Assembly: GCA_913040915.1 (NCBI GenBank)
Contig: CAJWHW010000008.1
Location: 9,808-73,807, forward strand
DNA from: an uncultured Fidelibacterota bacterium
Lineage (GTDB): Bacteria; Fidelibacterota; Marinisomatia; Marinisomatales; UBA1611
DNA length: 64,000 nt
Direction: 5' to 3'
Shown: positions 9,968 through 18,456 of the stretch, piece by piece
How positions within the stretch are numbered: position 1 is the first letter of the stretch
Layout of the letters: the number at the start of each line of letters is the position of its first letter
The notes under the pieces: generated by a model
What the model was told of the DNA's origin: nothing
The model's input: only the letters and a program-made list of their open reading frames with translations
The model's database searches: none
Translations under genes and position numbers: made by a program

Positions 9968-11392
9968 TTATTTTTTTTCTAGTTTGAAAGTTTCAATTGC
10001 AGACCACATTCTATTAACATACGGATTATGAAAATATGTAGTATCATGAATAGCTTCATACTTACTACCAAAAAGATTTTCGAAATTTCCAATAAGTAAA
10101 GCTGTATCTTTACCAGATGAATTAAATATCCTTATTTGTTCAATATTCTCAATATCGATAAAATCACCTTTTAGGCCATGCCGTTCTAAATAATAATTGA
10201 TCAAAGGTGTACTAATTACTGTTTTGTAAGATCTATCTGAAATTAGGTCATCTTTTAATTTAGATATTGCAGTAGGATTCTTATGTTGTATTACTACGGT
10301 AGAAGTAATTGTAATTAAGGAAATAAAAAATAATGTAGATAAAACATTCAATAAAGTTTTTTGAGGATTAGTGATATATTTTTGACCTATAGTTGCTAAA
10401 ATAAATAATATCAAAAGAATAGGCATCACGTGTCTTGATTTATAAATCATATTTTGGAAAAGAAATATCCAGATTATATATAAAAACATACAATATATAA
10501 TCATTAACAGATTTTTGTCATATTTAAGATATTTTTTAAGGCCTTTAATACCGTAATAAAGAAAATAAATATAGAATATTGATAGGACTAGAGTAGGCCA
10601 ACCTCTTCCTGGCCAAAATCCACCTAGACCATCAGCCCATATTGACCTAAATAAATTAATAATTCTAAGAAAGTAATTATTCTCAGTAATAATAGTACCA
10701 CCAAAATTTGTGAAATGACCTACAGATTGTTTATTAGCAGCAATATATAAATTCTCAAACCCCGTCATTAATATTAGAGGCAAGAGCCATAAAATACATC
10801 CTAAAATAAAAGACATAAGTAGATACGATCTTTTATTATGAAATATTAAATGGTAAAAAAATGGAATAATAACTAAAGGAACATATGAAAGTCGAACACC
10901 AGATAAGATACCAATTAAAAAACACCCTGCAGTCAAATTATTTATTCTACTTCTTTTTTCTGTTAAATAGTATAGACATGAAACTGAGAGTGCTAAACCC
11001 ATTAAATCTGGCATATATCGATTACTCATTAACCAAATCATTGGATTAAAAAAAATAAGAAAAGAGCAGAATATACCAATGCGATTGTTTATTTCTATTT
11101 TACTAATTTTTAAAATATAATAATTGATAAGAAAAATAGAAACAGCACCAATTAATGAAAAAGTTACTCCCTTACTTCCAAGTATACTAAATAATATGTT
11201 CGCTATAAAACAAAATACAGGATATCCAGGGAAATGAGGCTGCAGCTTAGTAATACTATAATTATCAAGGCTAAGTGCAAACCTCAAACTGTCTATATCT
11301 TCTATATAATAAATACTTGAAGCAGCGCGCGAAATAACATATGCAACAAATAACAAAAAATAAGACTGGTTTTTAGTGAGTTTATTAAACAT
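9968..11392 (-). CDS. Polytopic membrane protein, GT-C/PMT-like glycosyltransferase candidate
   Basis: About 10 TM segments; acidic first loop EDIDSLRF followed by QPHFPGYP. Confidence 0.55.
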   Translation of the reverse strand: MFNKLTKNQSYFLLFVAYVISRAASSIYYIEDIDSLRFALSLDNYSITKLQPHFPGYPVFCFIANILFSILGSKGVTFSLIGAVSIFLINYYILKISKIEINNRIGIFCSFLIFFNPMIWLMSNRYMPDLMGLALSVSCLYYLTEKRSRINNLTAGCFLIGILSGVRLSYVPLVIIPFFYHLIFHNKRSYLLMSFILGCILWLLPLILMTGFENLYIAANKQSVGHFTNFGGTIITENNYFLRIINLFRSIWADGLGGFWPGRGWPTLVLSIFYIYFLYYGIKGLKKYLKYDKNLLMIIYCMFLYIIWIFLFQNMIYKSRHVMPILLILFILATIGQKYITNPQKTLLNVLSTLFFISLITITSTVVIQHKNPTAISKLKDDLISDRSYKTVISTPLINYYLERHGLKGDFIDIENIEQIRIFNSSGKDTALLIGNFENLFGSKYEAIHDTTYFHNPYVNRMWSAIETFKLEKK

Positions 11393-11410
11393 TGAATTAT
11401 CTAAAATAAA

Positions 11411-11441
11411 AATAAGGGGTCTTACAATAAGACCCCTTATT
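11411..11441 (-). terminator. Rho-independent terminator downstream of the DUF4856-like gene
   Basis: Perfect hairpin AATAAGGGGTCTTA-CAA-TAAGACCCCTTATT with a T-rich tail on the minus strand. Confidence 0.8.
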
Positions 11442-11448
11442 AGTAATT

Positions 11449-11470
11449 GATAGAGAATATATTCTCTATC
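11449..11470. repeat. Perfect 22-bp palindrome
   Basis: GATAGAGAATATATTCTCTATC. Confidence 0.8.
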
Positions 11471-11491
11471 TTATTTTCAAATACCTAAAAT

Positions 11492-12757
11492 CTAATTGAG
11501 ACTCAACTTACTAATCAGTAAATCTCTTGCAGTTATTAAATTAGCTTCATAAGTATCATAGCCATCATGTGCAGGATATAATGGTTTTGCGCCAAGATGT
11601 TCAACAACCGTGTCAAGGTCAGCATCAGGAAGTTTATGAGGAATATATTGCAACGATACAACAAAACCTCTCATTTCTGACCAATACTTATTGTAGTCAT
11701 TCGAAGCATCAGTATCATCTGTCGGCGTATGATCAACAGTAAGTGCTGACATTTTACCATCGGTGCCAACTAATTCATTAATATAATGAACGACATTGGC
11801 AGCAGTAAGTTGCTCCCATCTCGTTTTGATCATATCAATATGTTCAGCTAATTCAGCTTGACCACCACCATTATGGATGATTGTTCTACCTGCTACAAAT
11901 GCAGTAAAAATATCTGTTCTGAAATCAAAACTATAGCCAGGATTTTCATCCCTTTTTCTTGCATATTCTGCCCAACCAAAATTATATTCTGAAGTAAGAT
12001 CTACGCAGGCTGTTCCCTGAGCTTGATCTCCAAGAAAATCACGGTGAGCTCCAAAGTACCCGAAGGCTTCATCCCAATAGTGCTCTGCAGCTGAATATTT
12101 TCCACCATCTGAACTTGCTACATCATTAGCTGGAAAAGTAGATGCATCTTCAAACTTGAGAAGATAAACTCCAATCGCGTTGTATGATCCGACAGCTCCG
12201 TAAAGAACTTTATTTATCATTTGTGACATATTATGACCATCTTCGTTTGTATAAGCAAGTTTGGTTGCTTCCGTAACTCCATTTGTGGTATAATAATTTC
12301 CTATCGAATTAATCCAGGACTCTACAGCTGTTACTGCAGTAGCTTGACCGAAACCTTTGATCGCATCAGTATTTGTCTTTCCACTTAGATTTTTACCAGT
12401 TGAGATATTATCATATACAAGCTCACAGGCTGCTGGAGTTGTTGAAATGTATGATGAATTTGATGTTGCATCACCATCAAAGAAATCCATTAAAGCATCT
12501 GCCGCCATATAAGTAACGACAGCTGCTCTATCAGTGGATGCTTTAAGATCTGTGTGAAGCATATTTCGAACAACTTGTCCTGTATAGCTTACACTGCTTT
12601 CCCCTTCAACAAACCTACTTGGAAATGTATAAGAAGTTGGCTGTTCTATGGTCTCATCATGATCATGATCATGATCATCATCTTTTGTATCTTCACAGCC
12701 TATCGTTAACATTAGCAGAAACGAAAGGAGGTATAAGACTTTTGTGTTTTGTACCAT
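11492..12757 (-). CDS. DUF4856-like (imelysin-related) lipoprotein with His/Asp-rich N-terminal tail
   Basis: IG-C lipobox, SSVSYTGQVVR, EHYWDEAFGYFG, HYIN and WSEMRGF motifs; DDDHDHDHDE tail. Confidence 0.75.
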   Translation of the reverse strand: MVQNTKVLYLLSFLLMLTIGCEDTKDDDHDHDHDETIEQPTSYTFPSRFVEGESSVSYTGQVVRNMLHTDLKASTDRAAVVTYMAADALMDFFDGDATSNSSYISTTPAACELVYDNISTGKNLSGKTNTDAIKGFGQATAVTAVESWINSIGNYYTTNGVTEATKLAYTNEDGHNMSQMINKVLYGAVGSYNAIGVYLLKFEDASTFPANDVASSDGGKYSAAEHYWDEAFGYFGAHRDFLGDQAQGTACVDLTSEYNFGWAEYARKRDENPGYSFDFRTDIFTAFVAGRTIIHNGGGQAELAEHIDMIKTRWEQLTAANVVHYINELVGTDGKMSALTVDHTPTDDTDASNDYNKYWSEMRGFVVSLQYIPHKLPDADLDTVVEHLGAKPLYPAHDGYDTYEANLITARDLLISKLSLN

Positions 12758-12806
12758 TTTGGTTTTCCTTTTTTTATTTATTTAAGTTTTTAAAAAGTTT
12801 TCAATA

Positions 12807-15377
12807 TTAGAAAGAATATTCAATACTCATATTTATTTGTCTTCGTGGCGCTGGCATAATTCCTGAGCTCATGTCAGGTGCAAGCTGTCTAGGATTAGAA
12901 TGAAGCCGAGATCCAATGTAGATTTTATCTGCAATATTCTTTCCGGTTAACAAAATATTTATTTTAGATGTGAAAGAAAATTTTGCTGAAAGATTTACTA
13001 TACTATATTCATCAATCTGACCTCTGATACCTTTATTCTCAGGATCAACAATATTTTCAAAATCTGTGAAAACCTTATCTACATATTTAAAATCACAGCG
13101 AATTTGGGCAAATTTTGATATTTTTTTATCAACCCCAAGGGTTAGTGTGTGACGAGGAGCATATGGTAATTCATTCCCTTTTAGATCTGCAGTCTGACCA
13201 GATTTGACGGCAGAATTAATTTCCCCTTCATCAATTTGAGTATTTAATAGACAATAAATAACATTTAAATCAGGTAAGATTGCTGAAATATTAGATAGGA
13301 AAAAATGTGATCCAACTTCCACACCCATTGTCGTAGCCTTGCCTAGATTTAAAAATGCAGTCCCTCTTCCAGCTGCGATTAAATTTTCAATATCTACATG
13401 AAATGCTGCAACTTCATATTTTATTAATTGTGTTTTATACCTCAGACCAATTTCCTTATTCCAACTAAGTTCAGACTCAACATCCAAACCACCATCTTCA
13501 TATTCTTCGCCAAAATTAACAATGTTTAATGCTCCACTTGAAGGTGGTGTATATCCTCTATGGATTCCACCAAAAATATTCATACTAAATAATTGGCTAC
13601 TAAAGGCCAATCCGGGTAAAATTACATATTCTGTTTTATCTAGGTAGGTAGATCCAATTAAGCGATCAATTCTTTCTTGCTCAAAGATTTCAAACCTAAT
13701 TCCTGATCTGATAGTAATACCTTTAAAATTAAAAGATTCTGAAACATATCCTGAAAAGGCAGTTGTCTCATAATGCTGACTCTTACCAACTATTGTTATT
13801 AATGAATCATCATCTGAATAAATCATGTTTAACAATGTTGTATCTTTGTCAACAATATAATAAACCCCGTCCCTAGAGTCTGGGTTTAGCCCCTCCTTTC
13901 TATCATCGATAAATCGTTCCCAATAAACTCTCCATCCGAGATCCATTTTTGCAGGATTGTTAAAAATCGCATGTTTTATATCGTATGATGTTTCGAGACC
14001 AGCAACATAAAATGTTCTTAGAATTCCAAAATTTCTGTGTCCTTGTCCACTATATACGGCTCTTCCATTCTGATAACCAATTTTTGGGTAATTAATTCCT
14101 CCCCCAACACGAACTAAATCAATAAAATTGCCAATATATTTACCTGGTGCCACTTGATCATAAATATTATAGTCATTTTGATCATTGAGAGAATCTGGTA
14201 ATATGAACATATCATACTCTCTCCACCAACGTCTATCAAAATAGCTTATAAAACCAGTTGTGTTCTTAGTCACTTTTGAATTAACCTGTTCAGTTTGAAT
14301 GAGATCGATCGCTGTTCGAAAAACTTTAAAATTATCATCTTCTTTGGGATTAAAGTTTGGATCATTATCAAATGAATATTCGGTTAAACCCGTATATGTT
14401 GCATTAGAATTCTCATAATTAATATTTGCTTTAAAGTAAATATTTTTTGTCGAAGATTGATTGTAATTCAATTTAAATGTCGTATTTATTTGCTCAAATC
14501 CATTATTCTGTCTGAAACCATCTCCTCTTTTCAATAGAAACTGTAACTCTGGATTAAGTTTTTTACTACCCCAGCCTCCAATTTCACTAAAAAGACTTGC
14601 ATAGCCATTCTCACCAGCTGTGAGCTTGAATAATCCACCTAATTCACTACGAGGTCTTCTGGTAAAATAATTAATTACACCTCCCATCGTCTGGGGCCCA
14701 TATGAAATAGAGCCACTACCTTTAATGACTTCAATCCGGTCAATACGATCTGATGGGGGATTATAGTACATATTGGGATAGACATAAAGTGCTGGCTGAA
14801 TTGGAACACCATCTTCTAATATAAGAGTCCTCGAACTTCTTCTTGGATTAAGGCCTCTTATACCAATACTAATTCTTGAGTTGCCTATACCATCATCGGC
14901 AAATCCATTAATACCTGGTATATATTCCAACATTTCTTGAGTACCAATAGGATTGACAAGTCTTAATGTTTTTATATCCAAAACGGTTGCTGCACCGGGT
15001 AGCTCATTATATTCTTTATTTAATTCGCTAATGATCTCCAGCTTAGCCATTAATATTGGTTGGATAGATAATACAGCATCAACTATATATTTTTTACCTT
15101 CTTCGATTATGATACTCTCTTTGTAATCTTCAAAACCAATAAAACTTATTTTTATTGTGTAGTTACCGGCTAATATCTCACTGATGGAAAAAAACCCATT
15201 TTCATCGGTTGATGTTCCATAATTTTTTCCAGATTCACTCTCAAATAATACGTTTGCTCCTTGCAAAGGTAAATTTGTTTCGTCTTTAACAATAGTTCCA
15301 GTGATGACTGAATTAATATTAGCTCCGCATAAAGATCGAGAAAGGATTAGGATTACAATGATTTTTGAATAAGACAT
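12807..15377 (-). CDS. FecA-like TonB-dependent receptor (probable iron uptake)
   Basis: IGIRGLNPRRSSRTLILEDGVPI, IEVIKGSGSISYGPQTMGGVINY, GNELPYAP, C-terminal YSF. Confidence 0.9.
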   Translation of the reverse strand: MSYSKIIVILILSRSLCGANINSVITGTIVKDETNLPLQGANVLFESESGKNYGTSTDENGFFSISEILAGNYTIKISFIGFEDYKESIIIEEGKKYIVDAVLSIQPILMAKLEIISELNKEYNELPGAATVLDIKTLRLVNPIGTQEMLEYIPGINGFADDGIGNSRISIGIRGLNPRRSSRTLILEDGVPIQPALYVYPNMYYNPPSDRIDRIEVIKGSGSISYGPQTMGGVINYFTRRPRSELGGLFKLTAGENGYASLFSEIGGWGSKKLNPELQFLLKRGDGFRQNNGFEQINTTFKLNYNQSSTKNIYFKANINYENSNATYTGLTEYSFDNDPNFNPKEDDNFKVFRTAIDLIQTEQVNSKVTKNTTGFISYFDRRWWREYDMFILPDSLNDQNDYNIYDQVAPGKYIGNFIDLVRVGGGINYPKIGYQNGRAVYSGQGHRNFGILRTFYVAGLETSYDIKHAIFNNPAKMDLGWRVYWERFIDDRKEGLNPDSRDGVYYIVDKDTTLLNMIYSDDDSLITIVGKSQHYETTAFSGYVSESFNFKGITIRSGIRFEIFEQERIDRLIGSTYLDKTEYVILPGLAFSSQLFSMNIFGGIHRGYTPPSSGALNIVNFGEEYEDGGLDVESELSWNKEIGLRYKTQLIKYEVAAFHVDIENLIAAGRGTAFLNLGKATTMGVEVGSHFFLSNISAILPDLNVIYCLLNTQIDEGEINSAVKSGQTADLKGNELPYAPRHTLTLGVDKKISKFAQIRCDFKYVDKVFTDFENIVDPENKGIRGQIDEYSIVNLSAKFSFTSKINILLTGKNIADKIYIGSRLHSNPRQLAPDMSSGIMPAPRRQINMSIEYSF

Positions 15378-15391
15378 AGAGTAGTAATCAA

Positions 15392-15568
15392 TTAAAATAT
15401 CTCAGGATTTTCAACATTATTATCTTGAGCCGGTAAAGAAAGTTTTCCATAGCTTCCTCCACTATCATCAGATTCAGCTTGTGGCGATAGAACAGGGTCA
15501 TCCTCGCACCCATTAAGCAACAGGGCATAGAATAAACCCAAGGATAAAATTTTAAATATTTTATTCAT
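15392..15568 (-). CDS. Small lipoprotein, 58 aa (absent from ORF track)
   Basis: Manual translation: MNKIFKILSLGLFYALLLNG-CEDDPVLSPQAESDDSGGSYGKLSLPAQDNNVENPEIF; lipobox; ends 14 nt before the receptor start. Confidence 0.7.
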   Translation of the reverse strand: MNKIFKILSLGLFYALLLNGCEDDPVLSPQAESDDSGGSYGKLSLPAQDNNVENPEIF

Positions 15569-15586
15569 TTTAGAGCTGAAATAATC

Positions 15587-15727
15587 TTATAGATAAAATT
15601 CATTGAAAAATTGACTGAAAACCAAATAGGATTTATTTCCATCCTGGATCACAGATAATCCTTTTAATAAACCACTGGAACTGGATCCAAGCACTTTTCT
15701 ACTAATTCCTATGTTTAATTCTGCCAT
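15587..15727 (-). CDS. Small hypothetical protein, 46 aa (absent from ORF track)
   Basis: Manual translation: MAELNIGISRKVLGSSSSGLLKGLSVIQDGNKSYLVFSQFFNEFYL; AGGA SD upstream. Confidence 0.5.
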   Translation of the reverse strand: MAELNIGISRKVLGSSSSGLLKGLSVIQDGNKSYLVFSQFFNEFYL

Positions 15728-15750
15728 TATTTATTCCTAATTAATTTTTA

Positions 15751-15819
15751 GGGGCTCCATTTACTTTATATTGGGATATCTGAGATCCGGATTTTGGAAC
15801 TAAAGGATTTAGGAGCCCC
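15751..15819 (-). ncRNA. Candidate structured 5' leader RNA
   Basis: GGGGCTCC/GGAGCCCC 8-bp closing stem enclosing CUUUA/UAAAG and GGAU/AUCC pairings, lying between the promoter and the first ORF. Confidence 0.35.
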
Positions 15820-15838
15820 AGGAGTATAAATATAATGA

Positions 15839-15859
15839 TAATGAGACTAAGTCTCATTA
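15839..15859. promoter_or_regulatory. Fur-box-like perfect 10-1-10 palindrome
   Basis: TAATGAGACT-A-AGTCTCATTA, preceded by ATAATGAT; overlaps the expected transcription start of the iron-uptake unit. Confidence 0.7.
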
Positions 15860-15862
15860 AAA

Positions 15863-15890
15863 ATTATAAAATTAGAAATACAGTTGTCAA
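15863..15890 (-). promoter_or_regulatory. Consensus sigma70 promoter TTGACA-N16-TATAAT
   Basis: Minus strand: -35 at 15885-15890, -10 at 15863-15868. Confidence 0.75.
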
Positions 15891-15961
15891 CAATTTTTAT
15901 TATTATTAAAAGTAATTATTGAAATATATTTGGAATCAACTCAATTTACATTGTAAAATAT

Positions 15962-15975
15962 ACCGACCAGTCGGT
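15962..15975. promoter_or_regulatory. TetR-type operator palindrome ACCGAC-CA-GTCGGT
   Basis: Perfect 6-2-6 inverted repeat just after a TAAAAT -10 (15954-15959) and 6 nt before the TetR ATG. Confidence 0.7.
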
Positions 15976-15981
15976 TTGTTA

Positions 15982-16575
15982 ATGAAGCAAAAGAAGCAGG
16001 ATCAGCGGAAAGATCAAATTATGGAAGCAGCTTTATCCGTTATAGTTGAAAATGGATATGATCGTAGCCGCGTAGATGATATTGTAGCAACGTCCAATCT
16101 TTCCAAAGGAGCCATCTACTGGTATTATAAATCAAAAAAAGAAGTGTATTTATCCTTGGTGGATCACTGGGTTAAGAAATACAATGCAGGCTTTATTGAC
16201 AACCTAGAAAAATACAATACCGCTTCTGCACAATTGAAAGGATTATTTGATTATTTCCTTGACCAGTATGATAATGATCCTGCAGCATTCAAGATCTTAG
16301 TTGAATTTTGGTCTCTGAGTGGCCGGGACAAAGACTTTAATGAAAAGTTGCAGAATGTATATTCGGATTTCCTGGAATATCTTGTACGTATCATTCAATA
16401 CGGCGTGGAAAATGGAGAATTTAGAAATATAGATCCTCGAATCACTGCCCTTTCCATTTTAATTAACATTGAAGGAATTAATTGGTTTACCTTATTTGAA
16501 AAATCTGGCGTTGAAGCTCAAGAATATATCCATACCATTTCAGATTTTATTCTTGCAGGTTTAAAAAAGAATTAG
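15982..16575 (+). CDS. TetR family regulator of the beta-oxidation operon
   Basis: VDDIVATSNLSKGAIYWYYKSKKE HTH. Start moved to the ATG at 15982 because the longer ORF runs through the promoter/operator. Confidence 0.85.
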   Translation: MKQKKQDQRKDQIMEAALSVIVENGYDRSRVDDIVATSNLSKGAIYWYYKSKKEVYLSLVDHWVKKYNAGFIDNLEKYNTASAQLKGLFDYFLDQYDNDPAAFKILVEFWSLSGRDKDFNEKLQNVYSDFLEYLVRIIQYGVENGEFRNIDPRITALSILINIEGINWFTLFEKSGVEAQEYIHTISDFILAGLKKN

Positions 16576-16585
16576 GAAAATAAAT

Positions 16586-18376
16586 ATGCAAAAAGTAAAA
16601 CAACTATCCATTAAATCAGGTGGACAATGGCTTATTACTTCTTTAGAAAATGCTAAAGTTTTTTGCAGAGAATCATTTACGGAAGATCATCGTAATATAG
16701 ATGAAATGATCCGTGATTTTGCAAGAGACAGAATCTTGCCAAATGCCAATGCTATTGAAAAACTAGATAAAGACCTCAGTTTAAAATTACTTCGTGAGAT
16801 GGGAGATTTGGGACTTATTGGAATCGATATACCGGAAGAATACGGCGGTGCTGATTTAGATAAAATAACATCCTGTATCGTAACAGAAGGTATGGCCCGT
16901 GGCGGTTCTCCATCATTCTCATGTACATTTTCTGTACAGACTGGAATAGGTAGTATGGGGATAGTATTTTTTGGAACACCAGAACAAAAAGAAAAATATC
17001 TCCCTAGACTGACAACGGGTGAATGGGTGGCAGCTTATGCCCTTACGGAACCTTCTGCTGGCTCAGATGCTCTTTCTGGAAAAACCACAGCTACACTTTC
17101 AGAAGATGGAAAATATTATATTCTTAATGGTGAAAAACAATTTATTTCAAATGGGAGTTGGGCAGATGTCTTTACTGTTCTGGCTCAAGTGGATGGTGAC
17201 AAATTTTCTGGTTTTATCATTGATCGAGATACGGAAGGCTTTGGAGTTGGTCCAGAAGAAAAAAAAATGGGCATGAAAGGTTCATCCACCACATCTTTAA
17301 AATTCAACAATGCGAAAGTTCCGGTAGAAAATTTATTGTATGATGTAGGTAAAGGGGCTACCATTGCATTTAATGCACTGAATATTGGTCGGTATAAATT
17401 GGCAGCAGCCTGTATAGGTGGGACCAAACTCGGGTTAGAGAAATCAATTGAATATGCCCTAGAACGACGTCAATTTGGTCAACCTATCGCACATTTTGAC
17501 GCTATAAGTGGAAAAATCGCAGATATGACCGTTCGGATTTATGCTGCTGATGCAATGCTGTATCACACTGTAGGTCTTATTCAGGATGCTATTGATGACT
17601 TAGAAAAATCAGAACCAGACTATTATAAGAAAATGGGTGAAATAACAGAAAGATTTGCAGTTGAAGCATCTATGACAAAAGTGTTTGGCAGTGAAACTTC
17701 AAATATGGTAGTGGACGAAAGTTTACAATTGTTAGGTGGGTATGGTTTCATAGAAGAATATCCTTTTGCCAGTGCATATCGAGATGACAGAATTAATAGA
17801 ATTTGGGAAGGTACTAACGAAATTAACAGAGCTATTATTACCGGTTATATGATGAAGAAAGTACTCATGGAAGAAATTTCACTTCGGGATTTTCTTAAAA
17901 AGAAAGATTCATTCCTAAACTCTGATGTGCTAGATATGGCTATAGGTCAGTTTCATTTTGAATTACAAGGACTAAATGCAGCAAAAATATTATCAGCTCT
18001 GGTTTTTCAGGAAGCGTTGTGTGAATATGGTCAGGATCTGAAACATCAGCAACAATTATCAGAAGCTTTAGCAGATATGTTCACCTTCATTTACACAGCC
18101 GGTTCTGTTCTTTCCAGAGCAAATCAGGCTCAATCAGTAAATGGAATAACCAATTACCACATTATAAATGCTCGAATCTTTATTACAGAATCACTGCTGA
18201 AAGTGAAATTGTTATCAAATATTTGTTTAAATAAAATTTTTAGAGAATCCATTCCGAAAGACTTTAACGCATCTGTTCAATCACTCGAAAAAATGATGAC
18301 CTTGAATACAGATACTATTTCCTTAAAACAGGAACTAGCTTCCTTTATGATTACGCAAAATGATTATCCATTTTAG
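16586..18376 (+). CDS. fadE: Acyl-CoA dehydrogenase (Bacillus FadE-like, long C-terminus)
   Basis: AYALTEPSAGSDA, LNGEKQFISNG, EKKMGMKGSST, QLLGGYGFIEEY, RINRIWEGTNEINR. Confidence 0.9.
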   Translation: MQKVKQLSIKSGGQWLITSLENAKVFCRESFTEDHRNIDEMIRDFARDRILPNANAIEKLDKDLSLKLLREMGDLGLIGIDIPEEYGGADLDKITSCIVTEGMARGGSPSFSCTFSVQTGIGSMGIVFFGTPEQKEKYLPRLTTGEWVAAYALTEPSAGSDALSGKTTATLSEDGKYYILNGEKQFISNGSWADVFTVLAQVDGDKFSGFIIDRDTEGFGVGPEEKKMGMKGSSTTSLKFNNAKVPVENLLYDVGKGATIAFNALNIGRYKLAAACIGGTKLGLEKSIEYALERRQFGQPIAHFDAISGKIADMTVRIYAADAMLYHTVGLIQDAIDDLEKSEPDYYKKMGEITERFAVEASMTKVFGSETSNMVVDESLQLLGGYGFIEEYPFASAYRDDRINRIWEGTNEINRAIITGYMMKKVLMEEISLRDFLKKKDSFLNSDVLDMAIGQFHFELQGLNAAKILSALVFQEALCEYGQDLKHQQQLSEALADMFTFIYTAGSVLSRANQAQSVNGITNYHIINARIFITESLLKVKLLSNICLNKIFRESIPKDFNASVQSLEKMMTLNTDTISLKQELASFMITQNDYPF

Positions 18377-18387
18377 GAAAAAATACA

Positions 18388-18447
18388 ATGAAAATATTTC
18401 AACAACATAAATTAGCTTATCTATTGCACCGTAATAAACGGGCTTAA
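18388..18447 (+). CDS. Possible 19-aa mini-ORF MKIFQQHKLAYLLHRNKRA
   Basis: AGGA upstream; its TAA is part of the thiolase SD (TAAGGAG). Confidence 0.25.
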   Translation: MKIFQQHKLAYLLHRNKRA

Positions 18448-18456
18448 GGAGATATC

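Noticed and set aside
15919..15981. N-terminal extensions in the ORF track (TetR from 15919; likewise fadN from 19539 and fba from 45085)
   Set aside because: They overlap promoters or neighbouring genes; the downstream ATGs fit family starts better
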